Origin: an uncultured Alphaproteobacteria bacterium
GTDB lineage: Bacteria; Pseudomonadota; Alphaproteobacteria; HIMB59; GCA-002718135
DNA: 64,000 bases
Direction of reading: 5' to 3'
Assembly: GCA_902621305.1 (NCBI GenBank)
Contig: CACNLM010000002.1
Coordinates: 681-64,680 of the forward strand
Within the stretch, counting starts at the first letter, position 1. Each line of letters begins with the position of its first letter. The position numbers and the translations under genes were made by a program. A model generated the notes under the pieces. That model was not told the DNA's origin, ran no database searches, and saw only the letters and a list, made by a program, of their open reading frames with translations. Of this stretch, positions 29,699 to 38,855 are shown piece by piece.

Positions 29699-32452
29699 AT
29701 GGCAGACAATCTACAGGTATCAGTAAAAATCTCAGAAGAAAAAAGTGTAAATATTTTAACATTAAGTGTCGTGCGTCGTGACGGAGCTATTACTCCTTTC
29801 AAATCTGATAAAATTTCAAACGCTATAAAAAAAGCATTCTTGGCACAAACAAAAATTAGAAATGATAAAAATAAGGAAAAAGAACAACAAGATGGAATTC
29901 ATAAAACTGTTGAAGCTTTAACGCATAAAGTTGTCTCGGCTCTAACAAGAAGGATTGCTGACGGTGATATGATTCACATTGAGGATATACAAGATCAAGT
30001 GGAGTTAGCACTTATGAGAGATGAGCATCATAAAGTTGCTAGAGCGTATGTTTTGTATAGAGAACAAAGAGCGGCTTCAAGATATCACACTAAAAAACTA
30101 AAAGAACAAGTTGGAGAAAAAGCTTCTTCAATGATGGTAACTAAAAGAGATGGAAGTAAAGAGCCAATTTCACTGGATAAAATAACTAATAGAGTCTCTG
30201 TTCTATCTACTGGCTTAAACATTGATCCAATTGTCGTTGTTCAAAAAGCCGTTCCAGGCTTGTATAGTGATATTAGTTCCGTTGAAATTGATACTTATCT
30301 TGCTGAAACTGCTGCCGCTTTAACAGTTGAGCATCCTGATTATTCTTATCTTGCAGCAAGAATAAAAGTAAACTCACTTCATAAAGAAACTCCGGGTTTC
30401 ATCATAGCAACAAAAAATTTATACGATGATGGATTGTTAAGAGAAGATTATTACAAAAAGGTCATGGAGAATGCAGATTTAATTGAGTCAGTAATTGACT
30501 ATGACAAAGATTATACTTTTGATTATTTTGCTCTTACAACTCTAATAAGAGCATATTTATTAAAGTTCGATAATAAAACAATTGAAAGACCTCAAGACCT
30601 TTGGATGAGAGTAACTCTAACAGTTACCGGTAATGAGTTTAATTTAGATAAAATAAAAGAAACTTATAAAAGCTTATCAACCGGTATGTATACACATGCT
30701 ACTCCAACATTGTTTAATAGTGGATTAAAAATGCAGCAATTATCTTCATGCTTTTTAATAGGAATGGAAGATGACTCCATTGAAGGTATTTTTAATACTA
30801 TAAAAGATTGTGCCCTAATTTCTAAAACAGCTGGTGGTATTGGCATGCATGCTCATAATATTAGAGCTAGTGGAAGTAGAATAAAATCAACAAACGGCAA
30901 ATCTAATGGCCTTATTCCATTTTTGAAAATATTTAATGAGACTGCTAAATCAGTTGATCAAGGTGGCGGTAAAAGGAAAGGTTCTTTTGCAGTTTACTTA
31001 GAACCTTGGCATGCTGACGTTGAGAAATTTCTAGAACTTAGAAAAAATACAGGTGCCGAAGAATTTAGAGCAAGAGATTTGTTTTACGCTTTATGGATAC
31101 CAGATTTATTCATGAAGAGAGTAGAAAATGATGAAGAGTGGACACTTATGAGTGAGCATGAATGTCCAGGTCTTTCAGATGTTTATGGTGACGAGTTTGA
31201 AAAACTTTATACAAAGTATGAAAATGAAATGAAGCATTTAGAAAAAATTAAAGCAAGAGATTTAATGTCTAAAATTATAGAAGCACAAATAGAAACAGGA
31301 CAACCTTATATGCTTTATAAAGACTCAATTAATAATAAGTCAAATCAAAAAAATATTGGTGTCATTAAATCTTCAAACCTTTGTGCAGAAATAGTAGAAT
31401 ATTCTGATAAGAACGAGACATCTGTATGTAACTTAGCTTCCATAGCGTTGCCAAAATTTGTAAAAAAATCAAATAAAAAATTAATATATGACTATGACGC
31501 CCTATACGAAACTGCAAAATTGGCTACAAAAAACTTAGATGAAGTAATTGATATTAATTTCTATCCAACTGATAAAACGGAAAGGTCTAATAATAAACAT
31601 AGGCCAATAGGTTTAGGAATACAGGGACTTGCAGATGTCTACTTTAAGATGGGAATAGCCTATGAATCTGAAGAAGCTAAAGAAATAAATAAATTAATTT
31701 TTGAGACAATTTATTTTGGAGCTTTAGAAGCTTCATGTGAGTTAGCAAAAGAAAAAGGAGCCTACGAAACATTTAATAATTCACCTATTTCGGAAGGTAA
31801 GTTTCAATTTGATCTGTGGAATGTTAATCCTTCTTCAAAGTGGGATTGGGATAAGCTTAGAACTAAAATTAAGAAGCACGGCGTAAGAAACTCTTTAACC
31901 ACAGCTTGCATGCCAACTGCGTCAACAGGTATTATATTAGGTAATACTGAAACATTCCAAATACAAACCTCTAATATATATAAAAGACAAACACTCTCAG
32001 GTGAATTCCTACTCGTAAATAGATATTTAGTGAATGAACTTTCTCAAAGAGGGTTGTGGAATAAAGAAATGAGAGACAAAATAATTTTAGAAAATGGATC
32101 GGTTGAAAACATAAATGAAATTCCAACTGAATTAAAAGAAGTTTATAAAACAGTTTGGGAAGTATCACAAAAAACTGTAATTGATATGTCAGCAGATAGA
32201 GCACCATTTATTGATCAAACTCAATCTATGAATCTTTGGCTTTCAACACCTACATTTGGAAAAGTTAATTCAATGCATATGTATGCATGGAAAAAAGGTC
32301 TTAAAACAGGAATGTATTATCTAAGAAGTAGATCAGCTGTTGATGCTGTAAAAGTTACAGTTTCATCAGAAAAAGCAGCTAAAGATGCTTATTTAAATAC
32401 TACTATCAATCAAAACAATGAACCAGAAGATTGCGAAACTTGTAGTGCATAA
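29699..32452 (+). CDS. nrdA: Class I ribonucleoside-diphosphate reductase alpha subunit with two N-terminal ATP-cones
   Basis: ATPTLFNSG, SSCFL, SSNLCAEI, VCNLAS, TGMYYLRS, C-terminal CETCSA; cones begin at VVRRDG and VTKRDG. Confidence 0.97.
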   Translation: MADNLQVSVKISEEKSVNILTLSVVRRDGAITPFKSDKISNAIKKAFLAQTKIRNDKNKEKEQQDGIHKTVEALTHKVVSALTRRIADGDMIHIEDIQDQVELALMRDEHHKVARAYVLYREQRAASRYHTKKLKEQVGEKASSMMVTKRDGSKEPISLDKITNRVSVLSTGLNIDPIVVVQKAVPGLYSDISSVEIDTYLAETAAALTVEHPDYSYLAARIKVNSLHKETPGFIIATKNLYDDGLLREDYYKKVMENADLIESVIDYDKDYTFDYFALTTLIRAYLLKFDNKTIERPQDLWMRVTLTVTGNEFNLDKIKETYKSLSTGMYTHATPTLFNSGLKMQQLSSCFLIGMEDDSIEGIFNTIKDCALISKTAGGIGMHAHNIRASGSRIKSTNGKSNGLIPFLKIFNETAKSVDQGGGKRKGSFAVYLEPWHADVEKFLELRKNTGAEEFRARDLFYALWIPDLFMKRVENDEEWTLMSEHECPGLSDVYGDEFEKLYTKYENEMKHLEKIKARDLMSKIIEAQIETGQPYMLYKDSINNKSNQKNIGVIKSSNLCAEIVEYSDKNETSVCNLASIALPKFVKKSNKKLIYDYDALYETAKLATKNLDEVIDINFYPTDKTERSNNKHRPIGLGIQGLADVYFKMGIAYESEEAKEINKLIFETIYFGALEASCELAKEKGAYETFNNSPISEGKFQFDLWNVNPSSKWDWDKLRTKIKKHGVRNSLTTACMPTASTGIILGNTETFQIQTSNIYKRQTLSGEFLLVNRYLVNELSQRGLWNKEMRDKIILENGSVENINEIPTELKEVYKTVWEVSQKTVIDMSADRAPFIDQTQSMNLWLSTPTFGKVNSMHMYAWKKGLKTGMYYLRSRSAVDAVKVTVSSEKAAKDAYLNTTINQNNEPEDCETCSA

Positions 32453-32467
32453 AAAAGGAGTAATAGA

Positions 32468-33457
32468 ATGATATCAAAAGGTGTTAAATCAATATTTCCA
32501 ATAAAAAACCAAGAAATTTGGGATAGATATAAACAACATATTCAAGCTTTTTGGACAACAGAAGAAGTATCATTACAAGACGATTTAAGAGATCTTGAAA
32601 CCTTAAATGATGGTGAAAAGCACTTTATAAAACATGTACTTGCTTATTTTGCTAACTCTGAGGCAATGATTAATGAAAACTTAGCAAGCAGATTCTACAA
32701 AGAAATACTAATACCTGAAGCAAGATGCTTTATCTCAATGCAGATGTTGAATGAATCAATTCATGCTGAAATGTACGGACTTCAAATAGAAGCTTATGTA
32801 AAAGATGCGAAAGAAAAAGATATGCTTTTTGATGCAATTCAAAATGTACCATGCATTAACCATAAAGCACAATGGGTATCAAAATGGCTTAATGGTAGTC
32901 AAAATCTCCTAACCAGATTAATAGGTTTTGGATTAGTTGAAGGTTTGTTTTTTGCAGGCTCTTTCTGTGCAATATATTATTTTAGAAAAAGAGGACTATT
33001 ACCAGGTTTAGCCTTATCTAACGATTGGATTGCAAGAGACGAAGGAATGCACTTTAGCTTCTCATCCTTAATGTTTAGGACTTTAAGAGACAAGTTTAAT
33101 AATAAAACATTAACTGATGCAGATATTAGTGATTTATCTTTGATTCCTTCAGACGTGCCACAATCACAGTTTGAAGAAATTGTTAGAGAAGCAGTAGCTT
33201 TTGAAAAAGAATTTGTAAAAGACGCACTGCCAGTAGATTTAATTGGTATGAACGCTGATTTAATGTGTCAATATATAGAAGCTGTCGCTGACAGAATTGC
33301 TGATCTATTTGAATTTGACAGAGTATTTAAAACAGAGAATCCTTTTGATTTTATGAGAGCTTTGGATGTTCAAAACGTTACAAACTTTTTTGAAAAAAGA
33401 GTATCGGAGTATCAAAGACCTACAGATAGAGCTTTAAGTTTTGATGAAGCATTTTAA
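32468..33457 (+). CDS. nrdB: Class I ribonucleoside-diphosphate reductase beta subunit
   Basis: FWTTEE, NESIHAEMY, VEGLFFAGSF, RDEGMH, NFFEKRVSEY; AGGAG RBS upstream. Confidence 0.96.
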   Translation: MISKGVKSIFPIKNQEIWDRYKQHIQAFWTTEEVSLQDDLRDLETLNDGEKHFIKHVLAYFANSEAMINENLASRFYKEILIPEARCFISMQMLNESIHAEMYGLQIEAYVKDAKEKDMLFDAIQNVPCINHKAQWVSKWLNGSQNLLTRLIGFGLVEGLFFAGSFCAIYYFRKRGLLPGLALSNDWIARDEGMHFSFSSLMFRTLRDKFNNKTLTDADISDLSLIPSDVPQSQFEEIVREAVAFEKEFVKDALPVDLIGMNADLMCQYIEAVADRIADLFEFDRVFKTENPFDFMRALDVQNVTNFFEKRVSEYQRPTDRALSFDEAF

Positions 33458-33696
33458 TGGAAGCAGAGATATACTCTAAAACTAATTGTGGATATTGTGA
33501 TAGAGCTAAACTACGTTTAGCTAAATATAATCCCAAGATTTATATGCTTGGTACAGACTATACGAGAGAAGATTTTTTTGAAAAATTTCCGAACGCTAAA
33601 ACCTTTCCTCAAATAATTTTAAATGGTGATAAAATTGGAGGGTATCATGAACTTGAAAAATGGTTTGAAATGAATACCTTTGATGAAGAATTCTAA
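33457..33696 (+). CDS. Glutaredoxin (likely RNR electron donor)
   Basis: CGYC active site, TFPQI, IGGY; TAATG overlap with nrdB. Confidence 0.92.
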   Translation: MEAEIYSKTNCGYCDRAKLRLAKYNPKIYMLGTDYTREDFFEKFPNAKTFPQIILNGDKIGGYHELEKWFEMNTFDEEF

Positions 33697-33821
33697 ATAA
33701 CCTTTTTTTTTCCTTTTCTTGTGTAAGCTTTTTTATTTCTAACAATTCTTTGTTTATACTTAGGCAGTTTTAAATCTTGAGCATAGGGGTTTCTTTTCTT
33801 AATTTTTTTTTTAATTTCCAT
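33693..33821 (-). CDS. Small basic protein (42 aa), ArfA-like alternative ribosome-rescue factor candidate
   Basis: Manual translation, below the ORF-track cutoff: MEIKKKIKKRNPYAQDLKLPKYKQRIVRNKKAYTRKGKKKVI*. Fills the polA-grx gap and starts 10 bp after the polA stop. Confidence 0.7.
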   Translation of the reverse strand: MEIKKKIKKRNPYAQDLKLPKYKQRIVRNKKAYTRKGKKKVI

Positions 33822-33831
33822 AAACTATGGT

Positions 33832-36573
33832 CTAATGTGCCTGTCCCCAATCATCACCAGCACCAAAATCAACAGTGAGTGGAACTGAAAAATCTTTATA
33901 TTTTAAATGTACTGACTCCATAATCGTTTTTACATTACTTACTAAATTATCATAATTTTTACTTTCGACTTCAAAAATTAATTCATCATGTACTTGTAAA
34001 AGCATTTCAGCCTCAATATTTTTAAGTTTTATTTCCTTATGAATTTCAATCATGGCTAACTTAATAATGTCTGCTGCACTACCTTGTATTGGAGCATTAA
34101 TAGCTTGTCTTTCTGCAAAACCTCTAACAGCAAAATTTTTATCGGCAATTCCCTTGATATTAATTTTTCTTTTAAAAATTGTTTCTACATATTGATTTGT
34201 TTTTGCAAAATCAATTTGATGGTCCATATATTTTTTAATTTTTGGATATTTAATAAAATATTCATTTATATAATCTTTTGCTTCTGTATTGGAAATATCA
34301 AGTTGTTTAGCTAAGCCGTATGGGCTGATTCCATATAGAATACCAAAATTAATTGCTTTTGCTTTTCTTCTATAATCATCGTTTATTTGACTATCGCTTA
34401 AATTAAATATTTCTTTAGCAGTTGATGCATGAATATCTTCATTGTTTTTAAAAGCTTTAATGAAATTTTTATCACTAGAAATTTCTGCAGCTAATCTAAG
34501 CTCTATTTGAGAGTAATCAAAACTGACTAATTTTTTCCCTTTTCCACTAATAAAGGCTGTTCTTATTTTTTTTCCATTTTCAGTTCTAATTGGAATATTT
34601 TGAAGATTTGGATCTGTAGAACTTAATCGACCTGTTAAAGTATTAGCCAAACCAAATGATGTATGAACTCTACTTTTACCATCTGTTAATCTAAATAAAG
34701 CATCTGTATAAGTTGATTTAAGTTTTGTTAATTCTCTCCAATCAAGAACGAGTTGTGCAATTTCAAATCCATCTGAGGCTAAATTATTTAAAGTTGAAGA
34801 ATCAGTAGAATATGTGCCTGATTTTGTTTTTTTACCACCAGGTATTTTAAGATTAACAAATAATATTTCTCCTAATTGTTTAGGTGAACCAATATTGAAC
34901 TCTTCTTTTGAAAGTTTATAAATATTCTTTTCAAGTTTTTTACTTTCATTTTCAAATTCATTACTTAGATTTGTTAAAAAATTTTTATTTACCTCGATAC
35001 CATTTGCTTCAATTGAAGATAATACCTCTACAAGAGGCAAATCGATGTTTTGATAAACAAAATTAGCCTTTTCTTTGATTAAACGAGGATAAAGATTTTG
35101 AAAAAGCCTGAATGTTAATAGAGAATCTTCGGCAGCATAATTAATTGCATTATCAATAGTTACTTTATCAAAAGTAATTTCATTTTTTCCTGTACCAACA
35201 ACTTCTTTATATTTAATTGTTGTGTGATTTAGATGATTAAATGAAAGATCATCTAAATTATGCTTATAAATACCATTATCAATTGAGTAGGAAATTAACA
35301 TTGTATCTGCAATTGAATTAAAAATTACTCCATACTTATTTAAAATTCTAATATCATATTTTATGTTTTGACCAATTTTTAAGATTGATTCATTTTTACA
35401 AATCTTATTAATATGATTAATTACATAATTTTCCTTTAACTGATTATCAATTTTTTTTGACCCATCTGAAGTTGTATGGTTTATAGGAATATAGTAAGAA
35501 ATGTTTTCACTATAACATATTGATATACCAACTAATTTTGCTTTTTCTATATTGAGTGAGTTAGTTTCAGTATCAATAGCACATATACCTTTTGTTTCTA
35601 TTTCACTTAAAATCTTTTCAAAGTTTTTCTTTGAATTAATTAATTGGTATTTTGGTTTTATTTCTTTTTTCTGAATAATATTATCATCATGATTAGATAT
35701 AAAAAGATTTGATTTTAGTCTTTCAGATGTTGATCTAAAACCTTGTTCTTTTAGAAATTTAAAGATGTTATTATTTTCTTTTTTTAATTCATTATATGTT
35801 TTTATTTTCTCAATACCCTCAGGTATTTTTACATCATTTTTTAGTGTTACAAGTTCTAAACTTAATCTGATATCCTTTTCTGCATCTGTTAAAATATTTC
35901 TTCTTTTTTCTTGTTTAATTTGATTGATATTTTTTAGTAAACCTTCAATATTATCAAATTCATTTATTAGCTGAGATGCTGTCTTAGGTCCAATACCAGG
36001 AGCGCCTGGAATATTATCTACTTTATCTCCTGTTAACGCTTGGATAAAAATAACCTTATCTGGTTGTACTCCAAACTTTTCTTCAACATCTTTAATTTCT
36101 ATTTTTTTATTTTTCATTGGATCAAGCATTGTTACATGTTTACTAACAAGCTGCATTAAATCTTTATCTGAGGATACTATGATAGTTTCAATTTTATCTT
36201 TTTCTGCTAAACTTACATAAGTAGCTATTAAATCATCAGCTTCAAATCCCTCTATTTCTAATTGTGGTATATTAAAACTCTTTACACACTCCCTAATTAG
36301 AGGAAATTGCGGTATTAAATCATCAGGAGCTTCTCCTCTGTTAGCTTTGTATTCTGGATAGATTTGATTTCTGAAATTTTCCCTTGCAGCATCAAAAATA
36401 ACTATCATTTTATCATCACTATAATCTTCTATCAGCTTAACAAGCATATTGGTAAAACCAAAAACAGCGTTGATTGGAGTACCATCTGCGCGATTCATAG
36501 GTGGTAATCCATAATAAGCCCTAAATATATAGGCAGAACCATCAACTAATATTAATCTACTCTTTGTATTCAT
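33832..36573 (-). CDS. polA: DNA polymerase I
   Basis: LVDGSAYIFRAY 5'-3' exonuclease, IDTET 3'-5' exonuclease, TGRLSSTDPNLQNIP, DYSQIELR, QVHDEL. Confidence 0.98.
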   Translation of the reverse strand: MNTKSRLILVDGSAYIFRAYYGLPPMNRADGTPINAVFGFTNMLVKLIEDYSDDKMIVIFDAARENFRNQIYPEYKANRGEAPDDLIPQFPLIRECVKSFNIPQLEIEGFEADDLIATYVSLAEKDKIETIIVSSDKDLMQLVSKHVTMLDPMKNKKIEIKDVEEKFGVQPDKVIFIQALTGDKVDNIPGAPGIGPKTASQLINEFDNIEGLLKNINQIKQEKRRNILTDAEKDIRLSLELVTLKNDVKIPEGIEKIKTYNELKKENNNIFKFLKEQGFRSTSERLKSNLFISNHDDNIIQKKEIKPKYQLINSKKNFEKILSEIETKGICAIDTETNSLNIEKAKLVGISICYSENISYYIPINHTTSDGSKKIDNQLKENYVINHINKICKNESILKIGQNIKYDIRILNKYGVIFNSIADTMLISYSIDNGIYKHNLDDLSFNHLNHTTIKYKEVVGTGKNEITFDKVTIDNAINYAAEDSLLTFRLFQNLYPRLIKEKANFVYQNIDLPLVEVLSSIEANGIEVNKNFLTNLSNEFENESKKLEKNIYKLSKEEFNIGSPKQLGEILFVNLKIPGGKKTKSGTYSTDSSTLNNLASDGFEIAQLVLDWRELTKLKSTYTDALFRLTDGKSRVHTSFGLANTLTGRLSSTDPNLQNIPIRTENGKKIRTAFISGKGKKLVSFDYSQIELRLAAEISSDKNFIKAFKNNEDIHASTAKEIFNLSDSQINDDYRRKAKAINFGILYGISPYGLAKQLDISNTEAKDYINEYFIKYPKIKKYMDHQIDFAKTNQYVETIFKRKINIKGIADKNFAVRGFAERQAINAPIQGSAADIIKLAMIEIHKEIKLKNIEAEMLLQVHDELIFEVESKNYDNLVSNVKTIMESVHLKYKDFSVPLTVDFGAGDDWGQAH

Positions 36574-36604
36574 TGCAAATTTAAATATATAAGATTTTAA
36601 ATAA

Positions 36605-37543
36605 ATGTCAGATTATAATTATTCAATTGAAGCTAAAAATGTAAATAAAATTTTTTATAGAAAATTAAAACAAGTTAATGCTCTTATTGATTTTAGTATC
36701 AAAATAAAAAAAGGTACTATTCATGGATTATTAGGTCCAAATGGTGCAGGCAAATCAACTTTTATAAATATTCTTGGCGGTTTGGTTAAAAAAAACTCAG
36801 GTAATGTAAATATTTGTGGAATAAATATAGATAAAAATATCAAGTTAAGTAAATTTAAAATAGGTATTGTTCCGCAAGAATTAAATATTGATCCTTTCTT
36901 TACTCCAGCTGAATTGTTAGAACTTCAAGCAGGCTTATATGGCGTTCCAAAGAGTAAAAGGAAGACTGAAGAAATTCTTGAAAATTTAAAATTAACTGAT
37001 CAAAGAAATGCCTATGCTAGAACTTTATCAGGAGGAATGCGACGAAGATTGCTTATTGGGAAAGCTTTAGTCCATGATCCAGAAATTATAATTTTAGATG
37101 AGCCAACTGCAGGTGTTGATATCGATATAAGAACCTCAGTTTGGAATTATATAAAAAAAATAAGTAAAGAAGGAAAAACAATTTGTTTAACAACACATTA
37201 CTTGGAAGAAGCTGAGAATCTCTGTGATAATATTTCTATAATTAATTATGGAAAAAAAATAATTGAAGGATCAAAGAAAGAACTTTTAAATATTATTTCA
37301 ACTAAATCTGTTTCCTTTGTGTTAGATGATAACAAAAAAATACCTGAAGAATTAAAACCCTATAAGCCGTATATTAGTCATAATGTATTAAAGCTTAGTT
37401 ATGATAAAAATAAAACTAACTTAAAAAATATTATTGATATTTTAGATAATAATCAAATAAATTTTAAAGAAATAAATACTTTTGAAGGTGATTTAGAAGA
37501 TGTATTTCTAAAGGTAGTAAGTAAAAATGTTAGTTCAGGTTAA
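36605..37543 (+). CDS. ABC-2-type transporter ATP-binding protein (YadG-like)
   Basis: GPNGAGKST, VPQE, LSGGMRRR, ILDEPTAGVD, TTHYLEEAE, C-terminal LEDVFL. Confidence 0.9.
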   Translation: MSDYNYSIEAKNVNKIFYRKLKQVNALIDFSIKIKKGTIHGLLGPNGAGKSTFINILGGLVKKNSGNVNICGINIDKNIKLSKFKIGIVPQELNIDPFFTPAELLELQAGLYGVPKSKRKTEEILENLKLTDQRNAYARTLSGGMRRRLLIGKALVHDPEIIILDEPTAGVDIDIRTSVWNYIKKISKEGKTICLTTHYLEEAENLCDNISIINYGKKIIEGSKKELLNIISTKSVSFVLDDNKKIPEELKPYKPYISHNVLKLSYDKNKTNLKNIIDILDNNQINFKEINTFEGDLEDVFLKVVSKNVSSG

Positions 37544-38855
37544 GAATATATTTATTTTTCTAATTTTGTTAATTCCGCTTTTTCTTATTACTGGTCCTGC
37601 TTTACCAGATATTATTGTTTCACTAAGTGTTCTATTTGGTATTTCTTATCTATTTTATTTAAAAAAGTACAAAGAAATAAATAAAATAAGTTTTTTTAAA
37701 ATTTCAATATTATTATGGTTTAGTTTGATATTTATTAGTCTATTTTCATATAATAAAATAAACTCTTTCCAAGATTCAATAATATTTTTAAGATTTTTAT
37801 TAATACCAATTTTAATGTATTTTATTTTTTTTAAGAGTGAAAAAATTATATACTTTGCACTGATATTAATTGTGGCTCTTGTAATTTTTGTATGCATCGA
37901 TACTTTTTATCAGTTTTTGAATTACACATCTAAAAACGGATTTGGTAATGATTTGTTTGGTTTTAAATCAAACTGGTATGGAAGGTTAACAGGTCCTTTT
38001 GGGGATGAATTAATACCTGGATCATACATTTCCAAATTTGGTTTATTGGGATATGTATTACTTATTTTGAATAAAAAAATCAGAACTAAGTCATTCCTTC
38101 ATGTTTTTTATCTATCCTCAATTCTTTTAGTTAGTTTTGTAACAGGTGAAAGAATGGCTTTTGCAACATTTTTAATGAGCCTGTTATTTTTATTTATTTT
38201 TTTAGCTGAATTCAGAAAGTCAATTTTTCTATCAATATTATTTGGAGTACTAGCTATTTTCATAACCTTTAAAACTCATCCATTTTACAACGATTATAAA
38301 ATAATTGAATCAACACAATTTCATCAAGGATTAAAGATAGAAAAATTTTTTAAATGTAATAATGGATCTGATGAAAGTTGTACAAAAATAATTGAATTAC
38401 AACCCAGTTTTGTAGAGGTTATTAAAAATTTTAAAACTTCTGCCTATGGTGAAATTTATTCATTATCACTAAAAATGTTTTTAGATAATCCCATTACAGG
38501 TATTGGAATAAATAATTTTAAATATTTGTGTACCACAAACAATGAATACACTAATATAATGGCTAATTATAGTTGTGCCTCTCATCCTCATAACATATAT
38601 ATTCAGTGGCTAACAGAAGGTGGTTTAATAGTATTTATTATATTTATTGTTTATCTGTACTTTCTTATAAATTTTATAATTAAAGATGTGGGCGATAAGA
38701 ATTATAAAATAATTGCACTAGCTGTAATTTTGATAATGTTTTGGCCAGTTATGTCAACGGGTAGTTTAATTAAAAATTGGTACGGGGTTACAACTTTTTT
38801 TATATTAGGAATGTGTATGTGCTTGAGCAAAATTAAAAATAAAGACTATACTTAG
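37527..38855 (+). CDS. O-antigen ligase/Wzy-like polytopic membrane protein
   Basis: Multiple TM helices, RLTGPF, TGER, NPITGIGINNF, HPHNIYIQWLTEGG (WaaL-type His motif). Confidence 0.85.
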   Translation: MLVQVKNIFIFLILLIPLFLITGPALPDIIVSLSVLFGISYLFYLKKYKEINKISFFKISILLWFSLIFISLFSYNKINSFQDSIIFLRFLLIPILMYFIFFKSEKIIYFALILIVALVIFVCIDTFYQFLNYTSKNGFGNDLFGFKSNWYGRLTGPFGDELIPGSYISKFGLLGYVLLILNKKIRTKSFLHVFYLSSILLVSFVTGERMAFATFLMSLLFLFIFLAEFRKSIFLSILFGVLAIFITFKTHPFYNDYKIIESTQFHQGLKIEKFFKCNNGSDESCTKIIELQPSFVEVIKNFKTSAYGEIYSLSLKMFLDNPITGIGINNFKYLCTTNNEYTNIMANYSCASHPHNIYIQWLTEGGLIVFIIFIVYLYFLINFIIKDVGDKNYKIIALAVILIMFWPVMSTGSLIKNWYGVTTFFILGMCMCLSKIKNKDYT

